Source: Euryarchaeota archaeon UBA28 (GTDB lineage Archaea; Thermoplasmatota; Poseidoniia; Poseidoniales; Thalassarchaeaceae). From it: a stretch of DNA of 62,122 bases. This document shows positions 47,150-56,382 of the stretch, one piece after another. The notes beneath the pieces are model-generated. The model searched no databases and had not been told where the DNA came from. It was given only the letters and a program-made list of their open reading frames with translations. The translations under genes were made by a program, and so were the position numbers. The DNA lies in NCBI GenBank assembly GCA_002501605.1, contig DANW01000021.1, forward strand, positions 1 to 62,122, written 5' to 3'. The stretch's first letter is position 1, and every line of letters begins with the position of its first letter.

Positions 47150-49105
47150 ATGATATCTGTTGAAGTTGGCAGTGGAGATGTCCACGAGTACGCCATAGGG
47201 ATTTCTGTGGGCGAGGTCATAGAGAACGTACACGGTAGGAGGTCTGGAGCAGTGGCCGCTTTGGTTGACGGCATTGAAAGGGATATGAGTCATGAGTTGG
47301 ATAGAGACTGTACTGTCATGCCCATTCTTGGAGAATCTCCAGAGGGGCTGTACATTCTTAGGCACTCATGTGCCCATTTACTGGCACAGGCAGTTACGGA
47401 GATCTTCCCTGATGCAAAGCCTACGATTGGCCCACCGATAGATCATGGTTTCTACTACGATTTCCATATGGATCCGATTTCAGAAGAAGAGCTCAAAAAA
47501 ATTGAGAAGAGGATGAAGGATTTAGTAAAGAGAAACTTGGAAATTTCTAGAGAGGAATATGACAATGATGAGCTCCGCTCAATGTTCAGAGATAACAAAT
47601 TCAAGATCGAGATAATGGATGACAAGATTGGCCATGATATCGGTTCGTCGATTTATCGTCAGGGAGAATTCATAGATCTCTGTCGTGGACCTCACGTTCC
47701 GTCCACCTCCCATCTAAGGTGGTTCAAGTTAACCAGCACTAGTACAGCTTACTGGCGTGCGGATAGTAATCGTGAAACGCTAATCAGGATTTATGGCATG
47801 TGTTACGCTACCAAGGAAGGCCTGAAAGAACGTCAGCGACAAATTGAGGAGGCATCAAAACGCGATCACAAGAAGATTGGCAAGGAGATGGAGCTGTATA
47901 TGATCGATGAGAAGATTGGCAAGGGACTGCCAGTCTGGCTTCCGAATGGTGAAATTCTAAAGTCTGAAATAGAAAGGTACGCGATCGAGACAGAAGAGTC
48001 ATACGGATATCAAAGGGTTACAACACCTGTTTTGGCCAAGCAGGAATTATTCGAAATTAGTGGCCACCTCCCTCACTATGCCGATGGAATGTACCCCCCA
48101 ATGGAGATGGATGACGGCACCTACTACCTAAAAGCCATGAATTGCCCAATGCATCACTTGGTCTTCAGCAACAAAAAACGAAGTTACAGGGATTTGCCGA
48201 TTAGAATAGCTGAATATGGAACTGTGTACAGAAACGAGCTTTCTGGGACTCTCGCAGGACTGCTTAGGGTACGCATGCTATCGATGAATGACGCACATAT
48301 ATACTGCACTTTGGACCAAGTAGCCGAGGAGGTTCGGGCTAATGTGCAGATGGTCAATGACTATTACAGAACATTTGGTTTTGAAAACTTCCATCTTCGA
48401 CTGTCGCTTTGGGATCCAGCAAGGACTGAGAAATATATCGACCAGCCTGAAAATTGGGAGTCAACGCAGAGTCATCTGAGGGATATCCTAGAGGATATTG
48501 GAGTACCATTTGTCGAGGCGGTGGGAGAGGCTGCGTTCTATGGGCCAAAAATAGATATTCAGTTTACCACAGCTCTTGGTAGAGAGGAGTCTATGTCGAC
48601 AATTCAATTGGACTTCGCCGCCAAGGATCGCTTTGGCCTGAGTTACAAAGATGAGAATGGGGATGAAAATGGAGAAGTGTTCGTAATTCATCGGGCTCCC
48701 CTATCCACTCATGAGAGGTTTGTCGCCTTCCTCACAGAGCATTGGGCTGGAAACTTTCCAACTTGGCTATCTCCAGTCCAAGTTCAGATAATTACAATCT
48801 CTGAGAAGCACAAGGTACATGCGGCGACGGTTGCGAACAGACTTTACGAATCTGGTGTAAGGGTCAATGTAGATGATTCTGATAATACGGTAGGGAAAAA
48901 GATTAGGACTCATAGGAAAATGAGGCCCGCCTACATGGTAATATTAGGTGATGAGGAGACAGAGAACGGAACGGTATCAATCAGGTCTAGAACTGGTCAA
49001 CAACTAAATGGAGTTCCTTTGGATGACTTCGTAGCTGGAATTTTTGCTGAGATAACGACTCGAGATAGGGAGCTCTCCATGATTCCAACGGAGAGAGGCA
49101 GTTGA
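47150..49105 (+). CDS. thrS: Threonyl-tRNA synthetase (bacterial/eukaryotic-type architecture with TGS and N2 editing domains)
   Basis: Editing motif HSCAHLLAQA, class II core blocks (YRNELSGTLAGLLRVR, GPKID) and HRAPLSTHERF. SD-like GGAG upstream. Confidence 0.95.
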   Translation: MISVEVGSGDVHEYAIGISVGEVIENVHGRRSGAVAALVDGIERDMSHELDRDCTVMPILGESPEGLYILRHSCAHLLAQAVTEIFPDAKPTIGPPIDHGFYYDFHMDPISEEELKKIEKRMKDLVKRNLEISREEYDNDELRSMFRDNKFKIEIMDDKIGHDIGSSIYRQGEFIDLCRGPHVPSTSHLRWFKLTSTSTAYWRADSNRETLIRIYGMCYATKEGLKERQRQIEEASKRDHKKIGKEMELYMIDEKIGKGLPVWLPNGEILKSEIERYAIETEESYGYQRVTTPVLAKQELFEISGHLPHYADGMYPPMEMDDGTYYLKAMNCPMHHLVFSNKKRSYRDLPIRIAEYGTVYRNELSGTLAGLLRVRMLSMNDAHIYCTLDQVAEEVRANVQMVNDYYRTFGFENFHLRLSLWDPARTEKYIDQPENWESTQSHLRDILEDIGVPFVEAVGEAAFYGPKIDIQFTTALGREESMSTIQLDFAAKDRFGLSYKDENGDENGEVFVIHRAPLSTHERFVAFLTEHWAGNFPTWLSPVQVQIITISEKHKVHAATVANRLYESGVRVNVDDSDNTVGKKIRTHRKMRPAYMVILGDEETENGTVSIRSRTGQQLNGVPLDDFVAGIFAEITTRDRELSMIPTERGS

Positions 49106-50451
49106 CTTCCCCATCTAATGGTCGTTCCCCAATGACGGTATTGTTTCTGGTCGTCCTAGTTGATATGCTTGGGTTTACAATTGTGATCCCTTTCCTAACC
49201 TATTTTGTTCAAGACCTAGCTTCTGGACAGGGAATAAATGATGTTGGAAGCAGAGATTTCTGGGTAGGAGTGGTCATTGCGGTATACTCACTAGCACAAT
49301 TTCTTTTCACACCAATTCTTGGATCAATAAGCGATAGGCTTGGAAGAAGGCCTGTTATAATGTTTGGATTAATTTCCAACTCTGTATTTTTCATCGTTTT
49401 CGGACTTTCAAACAGTCTTGAAATGGCGATTTGTGCAAGATTCCTTGCAGGAGCTGGAAATGGAAATATCGCTGTGGCTAGAGCTTACATTGGCGACATT
49501 AGCACACATGATTTGATTCCGAGAAGAATGGGAATGTTAGGAGCGGCCTTTGGACTGGGGTTCATGATTGGACCTTTCATTGGAGGTCTTCTGTCAGATC
49601 CAGCGACAAGTATAGGGGGATTCTTTGATTCGTCCTTTTGGAGAGCTAATGAGTACCTGCTACCATGCATATTTTCCAGTCTACTTAGTTTGGTTTCCCT
49701 AGCACTTGCCTACTTTTGGCTAGAAGAGAGCCTTGCTCCGGATTCCAGAGCTGATAGCGTTTCAGATGGAAGCCTTAGCAAGTTTAGAGAGACCTTCTCG
49801 AACATTATCGGCGTTATTAGGATTCCAATAATCTCCACCCTGGTTGTGATCAATTTCCTATTTCTTATGGCATTCAGTATGATGCACGGAACCTTCATCC
49901 TATTCACAGCGATGTCGATAGATAGTGGGGGTCTTGGTTGGAGCGAAATTGAAAATGGATGGATTTTTGCTTTCATTGGGCTCCTTGGGGTTATCATTCA
50001 GGGAGGTCTTATCGGCCCACTCACCGATAGGTTTGGAATGGGTAAACTGATGATGATAGGAACTATACTGTGTGGGGCAGGGATAGCCAGTCTTCCCTAT
50101 GTACCTCCAGAAGCATCTTGGCTGATACTCGGCTCCTCCGCTGGTCTAGCAATAGGAAATGGCCTCTTTTCACCGACACATTCGTCACTACTGACACTTG
50201 AAGCCAACAGGGCAGGGCATGAGCTTGGGCTCGTAATGGGGGCTCAGGAGGGTTACGGGGCATTGGCCAGAATAATTGGACCCTTACTAGCTGCCTACCT
50301 ATGGTCAATAACAGTTGAAGGGACCGGGATCTGGACATTCCATACTTGTTTCAGAGTCGCAGGGGTGATTTTCGTAATTGCGGCCCTGCTTCAATTGAGT
50401 CTTAAATTGGAGAACAGATATGAAGAACAGGAAGATATAGTTCGAAATTAA
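49102..50451 (+). CDS. MFS transporter (DHA1/TetA-like)
   Basis: About 12 TM segments and motif A (GSISDRLGRRPV). The TTG at 49102 overlaps the thrS stop, with an ATG alternative at 49132. Confidence 0.85.
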   Translation: MTSPSNGRSPMTVLFLVVLVDMLGFTIVIPFLTYFVQDLASGQGINDVGSRDFWVGVVIAVYSLAQFLFTPILGSISDRLGRRPVIMFGLISNSVFFIVFGLSNSLEMAICARFLAGAGNGNIAVARAYIGDISTHDLIPRRMGMLGAAFGLGFMIGPFIGGLLSDPATSIGGFFDSSFWRANEYLLPCIFSSLLSLVSLALAYFWLEESLAPDSRADSVSDGSLSKFRETFSNIIGVIRIPIISTLVVINFLFLMAFSMMHGTFILFTAMSIDSGGLGWSEIENGWIFAFIGLLGVIIQGGLIGPLTDRFGMGKLMMIGTILCGAGIASLPYVPPEASWLILGSSAGLAIGNGLFSPTHSSLLTLEANRAGHELGLVMGAQEGYGALARIIGPLLAAYLWSITVEGTGIWTFHTCFRVAGVIFVIAALLQLSLKLENRYEEQEDIVRN

Positions 50452-50493
50452 ATTAGCCCCAATTATAATCAACAGTGAAGCTTCTCTAATCTC

Positions 50494-51354
50494 ATGGAAT
50501 GCATGGTTCTCGAATGTTCCTCAGATGCTGTCGAAGGGGGAGTGTTCTGCCATTTGCATGCCCATATGACAGCAGAAGTTGATCCAATGGAATGCCCTAG
50601 GGGGTGTGGACTCATGGCTTACAAACAAGATAATTGGAACGGGTTGTGGTGGATTTTCGGAGCCTTAGCGGTCTTTTTCTTACTAATTGAAATGGTCCTA
50701 TTGGCAGTATTGGCATCAATTTCTGTAATGGCATTTGGTGGATGGCAACATAAGCAGAATGCTAACTATAGATTCAGCTGTGATAAATGCGAAGGAGTGC
50801 TACTAGACAATAAGACGCTATCTGGGATAAAGAATTATGGTGGAATTTCGGATTTATCTGGAAAATTGATGTCTGAGCTGGATAATTCAATCGAGTCGAG
50901 TGGGATCAAGTGCCCCGGATGCGAAGTGAAAATGGCGAGAATTCCGATCTCATACGTACTACCGGATCAGGGAACTGGAATTACTGTAATTGACCTGATT
51001 CAGGCGGCGATACCCAACACAATGAATCTCATGGAGCTTGATGGTTGCAGGGATTGTGGGTTGATTTGGTTTGACAGGGGAGAGATTGACAATATCAGAA
51101 AAAGCCAGACCCTAAGGGGAGAGAACTTTGGTGAGGCTGGTAAATCGATATACTCTGAGGGACGTCAATCACGCGAGGCTTTCAAGGGCATGAAAATCGA
51201 AAGAGCGGTTGAGTCGAGAACGGTAAATACGTTTGATAGCAAGCGGGTAAAAGCGGATTCTGAAGTGGTTCGTAGACAGTTCACTTACTGTTCCATTGAG
51301 GGGTGTAATAGTCTAGCATTCAGGAGCTTGGAGTACTGTCACAGGCACAAGTAA
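50494..51354 (+). CDS. Membrane-associated multi-zinc-ribbon protein (zf-TFIIB/PF13453-like ribbons), unknown function
   Basis: CPGCEVKM...ELDGCRDCGLIWFDRGEIDNI fits the PF13453-type ribbon, and there is a second CDKCEGVLLD unit. It has a central TM pair and terminal C..C..CHxH knuckles. Confidence 0.55.
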   Translation: MECMVLECSSDAVEGGVFCHLHAHMTAEVDPMECPRGCGLMAYKQDNWNGLWWIFGALAVFFLLIEMVLLAVLASISVMAFGGWQHKQNANYRFSCDKCEGVLLDNKTLSGIKNYGGISDLSGKLMSELDNSIESSGIKCPGCEVKMARIPISYVLPDQGTGITVIDLIQAAIPNTMNLMELDGCRDCGLIWFDRGEIDNIRKSQTLRGENFGEAGKSIYSEGRQSREAFKGMKIERAVESRTVNTFDSKRVKADSEVVRRQFTYCSIEGCNSLAFRSLEYCHRHK

Positions 51355-51359
51355 CTGAA

Positions 51360-51740
51360 CTAAATCCACACGTCATTTGATGCTGTCAGTTCGCTAGACT
51401 TGTTTCCCGTATTCATTACTCCCTTGGGCTCAACTAGCATTATTTTGCACTCATCAATGGCATATGGCTTGTGATCTATACCCTTGGGAACGACATACAT
51501 CTCTCCCTCATCCAGCTCTATAATCTCATTCTCTAACTCTATGAACATAGTTCCCTCGAGTACAATGAATGCCTCATCGGTATCTGAATGGTTATGCCAA
51601 ATGAAATCGCCCTTTATCCTGACAAGCTTGAACTGGTAGTCATTCATTTCAGCAATGACTTTCGGAGACCAATGATCTGTGAACATTGAGAGTTTCTCAA
51701 TGAAGTTGACTTTCCCCATACTAGGCAACCACCTTTTCAT
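51360..51740 (-). CDS. Cupin-domain protein
   Basis: Cupin motifs FIWHNHSDTDEAFIVLEG and VVPKGIDHKP. The ATG at 51719 (MGKVNF) lies 1 nt after the trhO stop. Confidence 0.7.
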   Translation of the reverse strand: MKRWLPSMGKVNFIEKLSMFTDHWSPKVIAEMNDYQFKLVRIKGDFIWHNHSDTDEAFIVLEGTMFIELENEIIELDEGEMYVVPKGIDHKPYAIDECKIMLVEPKGVMNTGNKSSELTASNDVWI

Positions 51741-52593
51741 AGCAGTAGGGGCAGTGCTCCTCTAATGAGTACTTCTCAGACTTTAGATCATCAGGAGTAA
51801 GGGGTTCTCTGCACTTGAAGCACATCTGGTGGTCCGCTTCCATTAGCTCGGTGTCTAAGGATACTCTTTGGTCAAAAACGAAGCAGTCGCCCTTCCAATG
51901 TGCCCCTCCGGCCTCCTTGAAGTATCCAAGTACGCCTCCTCTTATTTGGTATACTTCGTCCCATCCTTGGGATTCCATTACCATACTAGCCTTCTCGCAT
52001 CTAATTCCCCCGGTACAGAACATCACTACTGGAGTGGATTTGTCATAATCTAATCCTTTTACGGCCTCTGGAAACTCCCTGAATGACTTGATATCGAGAT
52101 CTATTGAATTTTCAAATGACCCAACCCTGAGTTCATAGTCGTTCCTGGTATCTAAGACAATTATCTCCTTGCCTTCATCAAGCCACGTCTTGAACTCACT
52201 AGGATTGATGTAATTCCCCTGATTCTCCACAGGTCTAATTTCGTCCATTCCCAGGGAAATGATCTCTTTTTTCAAGCGGACGAGCATTCTCCGAAAAGGC
52301 TGATACTCGGAGTAAGTGACGTGCATGGGTATCCCGGTTAGCCTGGAGTCTTCCTCCAAGAATGAGACATAATCATTAATTGATTTCTGAGTTCCTGCTA
52401 GAAAGAAATTGATTCCATTGGGGCTTAAAAGAATGGTGCCCTTAAGTCCAAGGCTGTTGCACTTCTCTCTGAATGGGGCCCTAAGATTATCTCTGTCTGG
52501 AAGATCTACGAATCTGTATCCAGCGATATTCACGAACATAAAATCCCTCAAGGAACCTCTGAAAGCCACTTCTTCATTGTGCAGGACTGACAC
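51721..52593 (-). CDS. trhO: Rhodanese-domain tRNA U34 hydroxylase TrhO (YceA/UPF0176 family)
   Basis: The N-terminus MSVLHN mirrors E. coli YceA MPVLHN. It has FVNIAGYRF, the rhodanese active loop MFCTGGIRCEKAS and C-terminal Cys pairs. Confidence 0.85.
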   Translation of the reverse strand: MSVLHNEEVAFRGSLRDFMFVNIAGYRFVDLPDRDNLRAPFREKCNSLGLKGTILLSPNGINFFLAGTQKSINDYVSFLEEDSRLTGIPMHVTYSEYQPFRRMLVRLKKEIISLGMDEIRPVENQGNYINPSEFKTWLDEGKEIIVLDTRNDYELRVGSFENSIDLDIKSFREFPEAVKGLDYDKSTPVVMFCTGGIRCEKASMVMESQGWDEVYQIRGGVLGYFKEAGGAHWKGDCFVFDQRVSLDTELMEADHQMCFKCREPLTPDDLKSEKYSLEEHCPYCYEKVVA

Positions 52594-53549
52594 ACTGGCC
52601 TAGAAGTAGCCTCTCCACAAAGTGTGCAACTGCTTATCTTACTATTTGGGTCGGGATGGACTACTCTGTGAATCTCCCTTATTTGATCCAGAGAATGGAG
52701 TAGGCCGTGTCTGGCTCCGGGGGTGAGTGACTCAAGCTGTGCAACTATGGCCCTACTCTGCTGCCTCTGAGCGCCCGGAGCATGTGGGCAGTCTCCGTGA
52801 TGGATTGGTAGGCTATTCACTATAGCGAATGCGTGTATCTCCTGCTCTGGTATCCACCTCAAAGGGACAATCCTTGGTACCATTCCGTCAATCGGTGAAG
52901 ATGTGTGTGGCGCAAGTCTTACTGACCTCTCAATTTCTCCCTTCTGGAGATTCATTAGGATCGACTGAGCCATATCATCCAGATTGTGGCCTAGAGCCAT
53001 AACGTCAGCACCCACCTTGTCTGCTAAAGCATTCAGGCTTTGTCTCCTGAATACTCCACAGAAAGAGCAGGGCATCATCCCACTGGCCTCATCATTGAGC
53101 TTGTCCATTGCAGGGATTTTTGAAACGACTTGGTCCATCCTATCATATCCCATCTCTTCGTAACTAAGTGTAATGAACTCAATATCCAGTTCTTCCGAGA
53201 GACTCCTCGCACACTCCAACGATGGCGATCTGTACCCATCGATTCCTTCATCGACACACCCTGCAACAATCCTAACATCTCTCCTACCGCCAATTATATC
53301 TTTCACCATGGTCAGAAGTACTGCTGAGTCCTTTCCTCCTGAAACTGCTACGAGTACAACGTAAGGACTCCCATCAGATTTCCTGGCATCCTTGGGGAGA
53401 ACTAATTGCCTCCTGAGTTCCTTTGATGTTCTTCTTCGGATAGAGTCTGAAAGATGTTTTCCGCAGAGGTGTTGACCGCTGTACGGCTGATGAACAACTG
53501 CTGGACCCTTGCATCTACTGCAACTGGTTACCGATACTGCACCTCCCAT
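52548..53549 (-). CDS. tRNA 2-thiolation PP-loop ATPase (TtuA/NcsA family)
   Basis: N- and C-terminal zinc fingers (CSRCKGPA...CGKH and CTLCGE...CQSC), the PP-loop VAVSGGKDS and the Fe-S Cys block CSFCGVFRR. Confidence 0.85.
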   Translation of the reverse strand: MGGAVSVTSCSRCKGPAVVHQPYSGQHLCGKHLSDSIRRRTSKELRRQLVLPKDARKSDGSPYVVLVAVSGGKDSAVLLTMVKDIIGGRRDVRIVAGCVDEGIDGYRSPSLECARSLSEELDIEFITLSYEEMGYDRMDQVVSKIPAMDKLNDEASGMMPCSFCGVFRRQSLNALADKVGADVMALGHNLDDMAQSILMNLQKGEIERSVRLAPHTSSPIDGMVPRIVPLRWIPEQEIHAFAIVNSLPIHHGDCPHAPGAQRQQSRAIVAQLESLTPGARHGLLHSLDQIREIHRVVHPDPNSKISSCTLCGEATSRPVCQSCTMKKWLSEVP

Positions 53550-53646
53550 ATACTCGTCCGGGAGTGTTCAAGACTTGAACCCAGTGTGAGTCTAGTAACT
53601 ATATTTTAGCGTATTTTTGATAATGTAGTAATTTTTCAGCGTTCTT

Positions 53647-53898
53647 GTGGGGAGTTCTGGGACACTTCTTGGAAGGTCTTTCGTCAGGGGAGAGAGTCAT
53701 TCCTCATTACCTGAGAGAATGGTGATTATTCTTGTCCTTGTGGGAGTTTTTGCTTCATACGATAGGATCAACGAGTTCGTTCAGGACGCCTTTGGAGTAA
53801 GTTCTCAAATACTCACTGTTTTCTTACTAATTCTAATCATCCCCTTATTTTCAGACTGGCTTTTCCGAGCCGTGTCGTCCATCACTGGTAGAAAATAG
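53647..53898 (+). CDS. Possible small two-TM membrane protein
   Basis: GTG-initiated 83-aa ORF with two hydrophobic helices, abutting the convergent gene with zero spacing. Support is weak. Confidence 0.3.
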   Translation: MGSSGTLLGRSFVRGESHSSLPERMVIILVLVGVFASYDRINEFVQDAFGVSSQILTVFLLILIIPLFSDWLFRAVSSITGRK

Positions 53899-55107
53899 TC
53901 AAGACTCGCTCGATCTGAATCTCAACAGTGTTGACTCAACAACACCTGTAACTCTCTGCCATGGAAGGACGAATCTCATTCCGGCCACGACTATCAAGAA
54001 AAGACCAGCTGAAATTACCTTCCCATAAGTCAGTTGCAACTCTAGTGATTCTCTGACCTGACCAGCCCATTGGCCTCCTGACAAAGCGCTGACTGTTGAG
54101 ATTAGAAAGTCATCAAATTCCAATGCTATAGCTGTGGTTACAGAGACCAAGGCCATCACGCCGATTAGATGAGCGATGTGCCCGTTCAGAACATTGTTGA
54201 ATTGTCTGACATATTCTGGGTCTCTTCTGGCCTCGCCTGGTAACATAGAAGCATACTCCATGTTTGATATGACTGCTGATCCGGATTCTAGATACACCAA
54301 CAAAAGTATAGCCACTTGCAGGAGATTCAATGAAAGTGGCGATACTAGCCCCCCAAACAGAGTTGCTTCTCCAATCTGTGCAGGGAGGGGGGTTAACCCT
54401 AGATCGACTGACTCAGTTATTCCCTCGAAAGTTAGGATAGCGTGGATACCGATAATCGTCAGATAGTAACCTATTGTCCAGGTCAGGAGCTTTCTAGAGA
54501 GCCCCCAGATGCCCATCAAACCAGATAGTATTGGAGCAAAGACAATTCCCAGAAAAACTAACTCGAAGACAAACAACACTGGCTTCCAGAGATGGCCTAG
54601 ATGGTTCAAATCATCTGTCTCCCCCCATGGGAGATGAAAGCCAAAGCTGGATATTGCTAAAATCCAAGATATCACGAACGGAAGAAGTCCCCAAGCTAGC
54701 ATCGCGCCAATTAGGAATCTCCTGATATTCCTGCTGATACTTTCCTTGGCGGTAAGCGTGTAAATCCAAATTACCGTAAGGATTACGCATAAAATTAGAG
54801 GAGCTACAAGGGTCATATTTCCAGTCTGATCTAACCCATGAATTACATCTGGAAGCACTAGTGAACCAGTTTGCTCTCTAAACCAAATTAACCCACGAGT
54901 GTGCTCATAGGACGGACACCAGTAATTCGATCCTTCTGAATACGTCTCAACGAACGATTCTGAGCATGTCCCGTAAATCTTGATCATCCTATTCATCAGA
55001 GCCAGGAGAGCAGTGGTAGAAATTAATTGAAGGAAAATAATCTTCCACCTCTTCCTGAGATGGGAAATCTCGAGAGATTGGCTGTCAGGTACAGAATTTT
55101 TCACCAT
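53899..55107 (-). CDS. Polytopic membrane protein, unknown function (last gene of the DUF58 module)
   Basis: About 9 hydrophobic helices and a 12-nt gap from the DUF58 gene. No recognisable family. Confidence 0.6.
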   Translation of the reverse strand: MVKNSVPDSQSLEISHLRKRWKIIFLQLISTTALLALMNRMIKIYGTCSESFVETYSEGSNYWCPSYEHTRGLIWFREQTGSLVLPDVIHGLDQTGNMTLVAPLILCVILTVIWIYTLTAKESISRNIRRFLIGAMLAWGLLPFVISWILAISSFGFHLPWGETDDLNHLGHLWKPVLFVFELVFLGIVFAPILSGLMGIWGLSRKLLTWTIGYYLTIIGIHAILTFEGITESVDLGLTPLPAQIGEATLFGGLVSPLSLNLLQVAILLLVYLESGSAVISNMEYASMLPGEARRDPEYVRQFNNVLNGHIAHLIGVMALVSVTTAIALEFDDFLISTVSALSGGQWAGQVRESLELQLTYGKVISAGLFLIVVAGMRFVLPWQRVTGVVESTLLRFRSSES

Positions 55108-55119
55108 AATACAATCCTC

Positions 55120-56382
55120 CTAACTCAAATTTATCTGTAACAATGCTTGTGATAGTTCGACATCGGGGGTCCAATCAATTACCTTTGCACCATACCCCGC
55201 TATTGCAGTCAGTCTATTCTGTCTCTCCAATTTCAGAACCTCATACGACATTCTCGGAATTCTACTGACCAGCCTTTCCAAATCGATACTGCTTGGCGAT
55301 AGGACAATTACTTCATGTCCCTTTCCTGATAGACTTCGAATAGCTGGAAGAGTCGTCCCATCTCCTTCTAAGCTACTTATTATGAAAACTGGAGAACCCC
55401 TACTTATTCTCGGCGATAAAGCGTTAGTCACGGCTTGAAGGGGCATTGATCCCTTAGGCTGTACGGATGCGAGTCCGCTGAGGATTTTGAAATACTGCTT
55501 ATCCCCAGTTTCTGGAGGAAGGTAGTCCATTCTGGATCCATAGGTCACGAGAGATACAGAGTCTCTCCTTTTCAGGAAGTAATTAGACACTGATGCCGCG
55601 GCCACTGTTCCCATCTCCAAGGGATTCTTCAGGACTGTTCCAATTCTTGAAACGTCACGGGTATCCACAATAACGAAGACGTCTGTAACCGCGTCTCTGG
55701 TCTTCTCATTCACCATCATCTCTCCAGTTCTAGCCAGTGCTTTCCAGTTGATAGAGCGGAATGAGTCTCCGGGGAGATACTCCCTAAGGGCATAGAACTC
55801 CATTCCGGGGCCGGGAGTCTTGAGAGTGGTCGCCCCGGAGTACATCTTTGGAACATCTGATCTCAGAAGGGCGTCCTCAATATCTCTAATCTGGGGGAAC
55901 ACGGTGATGTCTGATCGATCGTCCACTTTCGTTTCGCTCACAAATAGGTTGAATGCGTTGCGATACCTAACGGATACTGGGCCAACTGTGTAATGGCCTC
56001 TAAGTGGACATCTCACGACATACCTCATTGTAGCAGACTGCCCGGGACCTAGGTTCATCCTCATCTGGTTTATTCCCTTTCTCATCTTCATTTCGTGGGG
56101 AACATTATCGAATAGCTCTAATTGCTGAGTTCTTCGGTATGAGTTGTTTGTGATGGTCAATGAAATTACGATATCATCCCCCTTGTAGACGTTGGTAGCA
56201 GAGGTCTCTCTTCTGATTGTCAACTCAGAATGACCAGAAACCCAGCCGTTTATCGCCAGCATGGATATGAAAGATAATCCTATTATCATCAATTGGAAGT
56301 TGGATATCATCATCCCAATAAGAATCAAACTTATTCCGCTGGTGAGCATGATAGCTGCTTTTCTAGTCCACAAATTAGGCAC
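55120..56382 (-). CDS. DUF58 family protein (vWA-like, usually MoxR-associated)
   Basis: Two N-terminal TM helices, an Ig-like segment, and the DUF58 signature FYALREYLPGDSFRSINWKALARTGEMMVNE. Confidence 0.8.
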   Translation of the reverse strand: MPNLWTRKAAIMLTSGISLILIGMMISNFQLMIIGLSFISMLAINGWVSGHSELTIRRETSATNVYKGDDIVISLTITNNSYRRTQQLELFDNVPHEMKMRKGINQMRMNLGPGQSATMRYVVRCPLRGHYTVGPVSVRYRNAFNLFVSETKVDDRSDITVFPQIRDIEDALLRSDVPKMYSGATTLKTPGPGMEFYALREYLPGDSFRSINWKALARTGEMMVNEKTRDAVTDVFVIVDTRDVSRIGTVLKNPLEMGTVAAASVSNYFLKRRDSVSLVTYGSRMDYLPPETGDKQYFKILSGLASVQPKGSMPLQAVTNALSPRISRGSPVFIISSLEGDGTTLPAIRSLSGKGHEVIVLSPSSIDLERLVSRIPRMSYEVLKLERQNRLTAIAGYGAKVIDWTPDVELSQALLQINLS

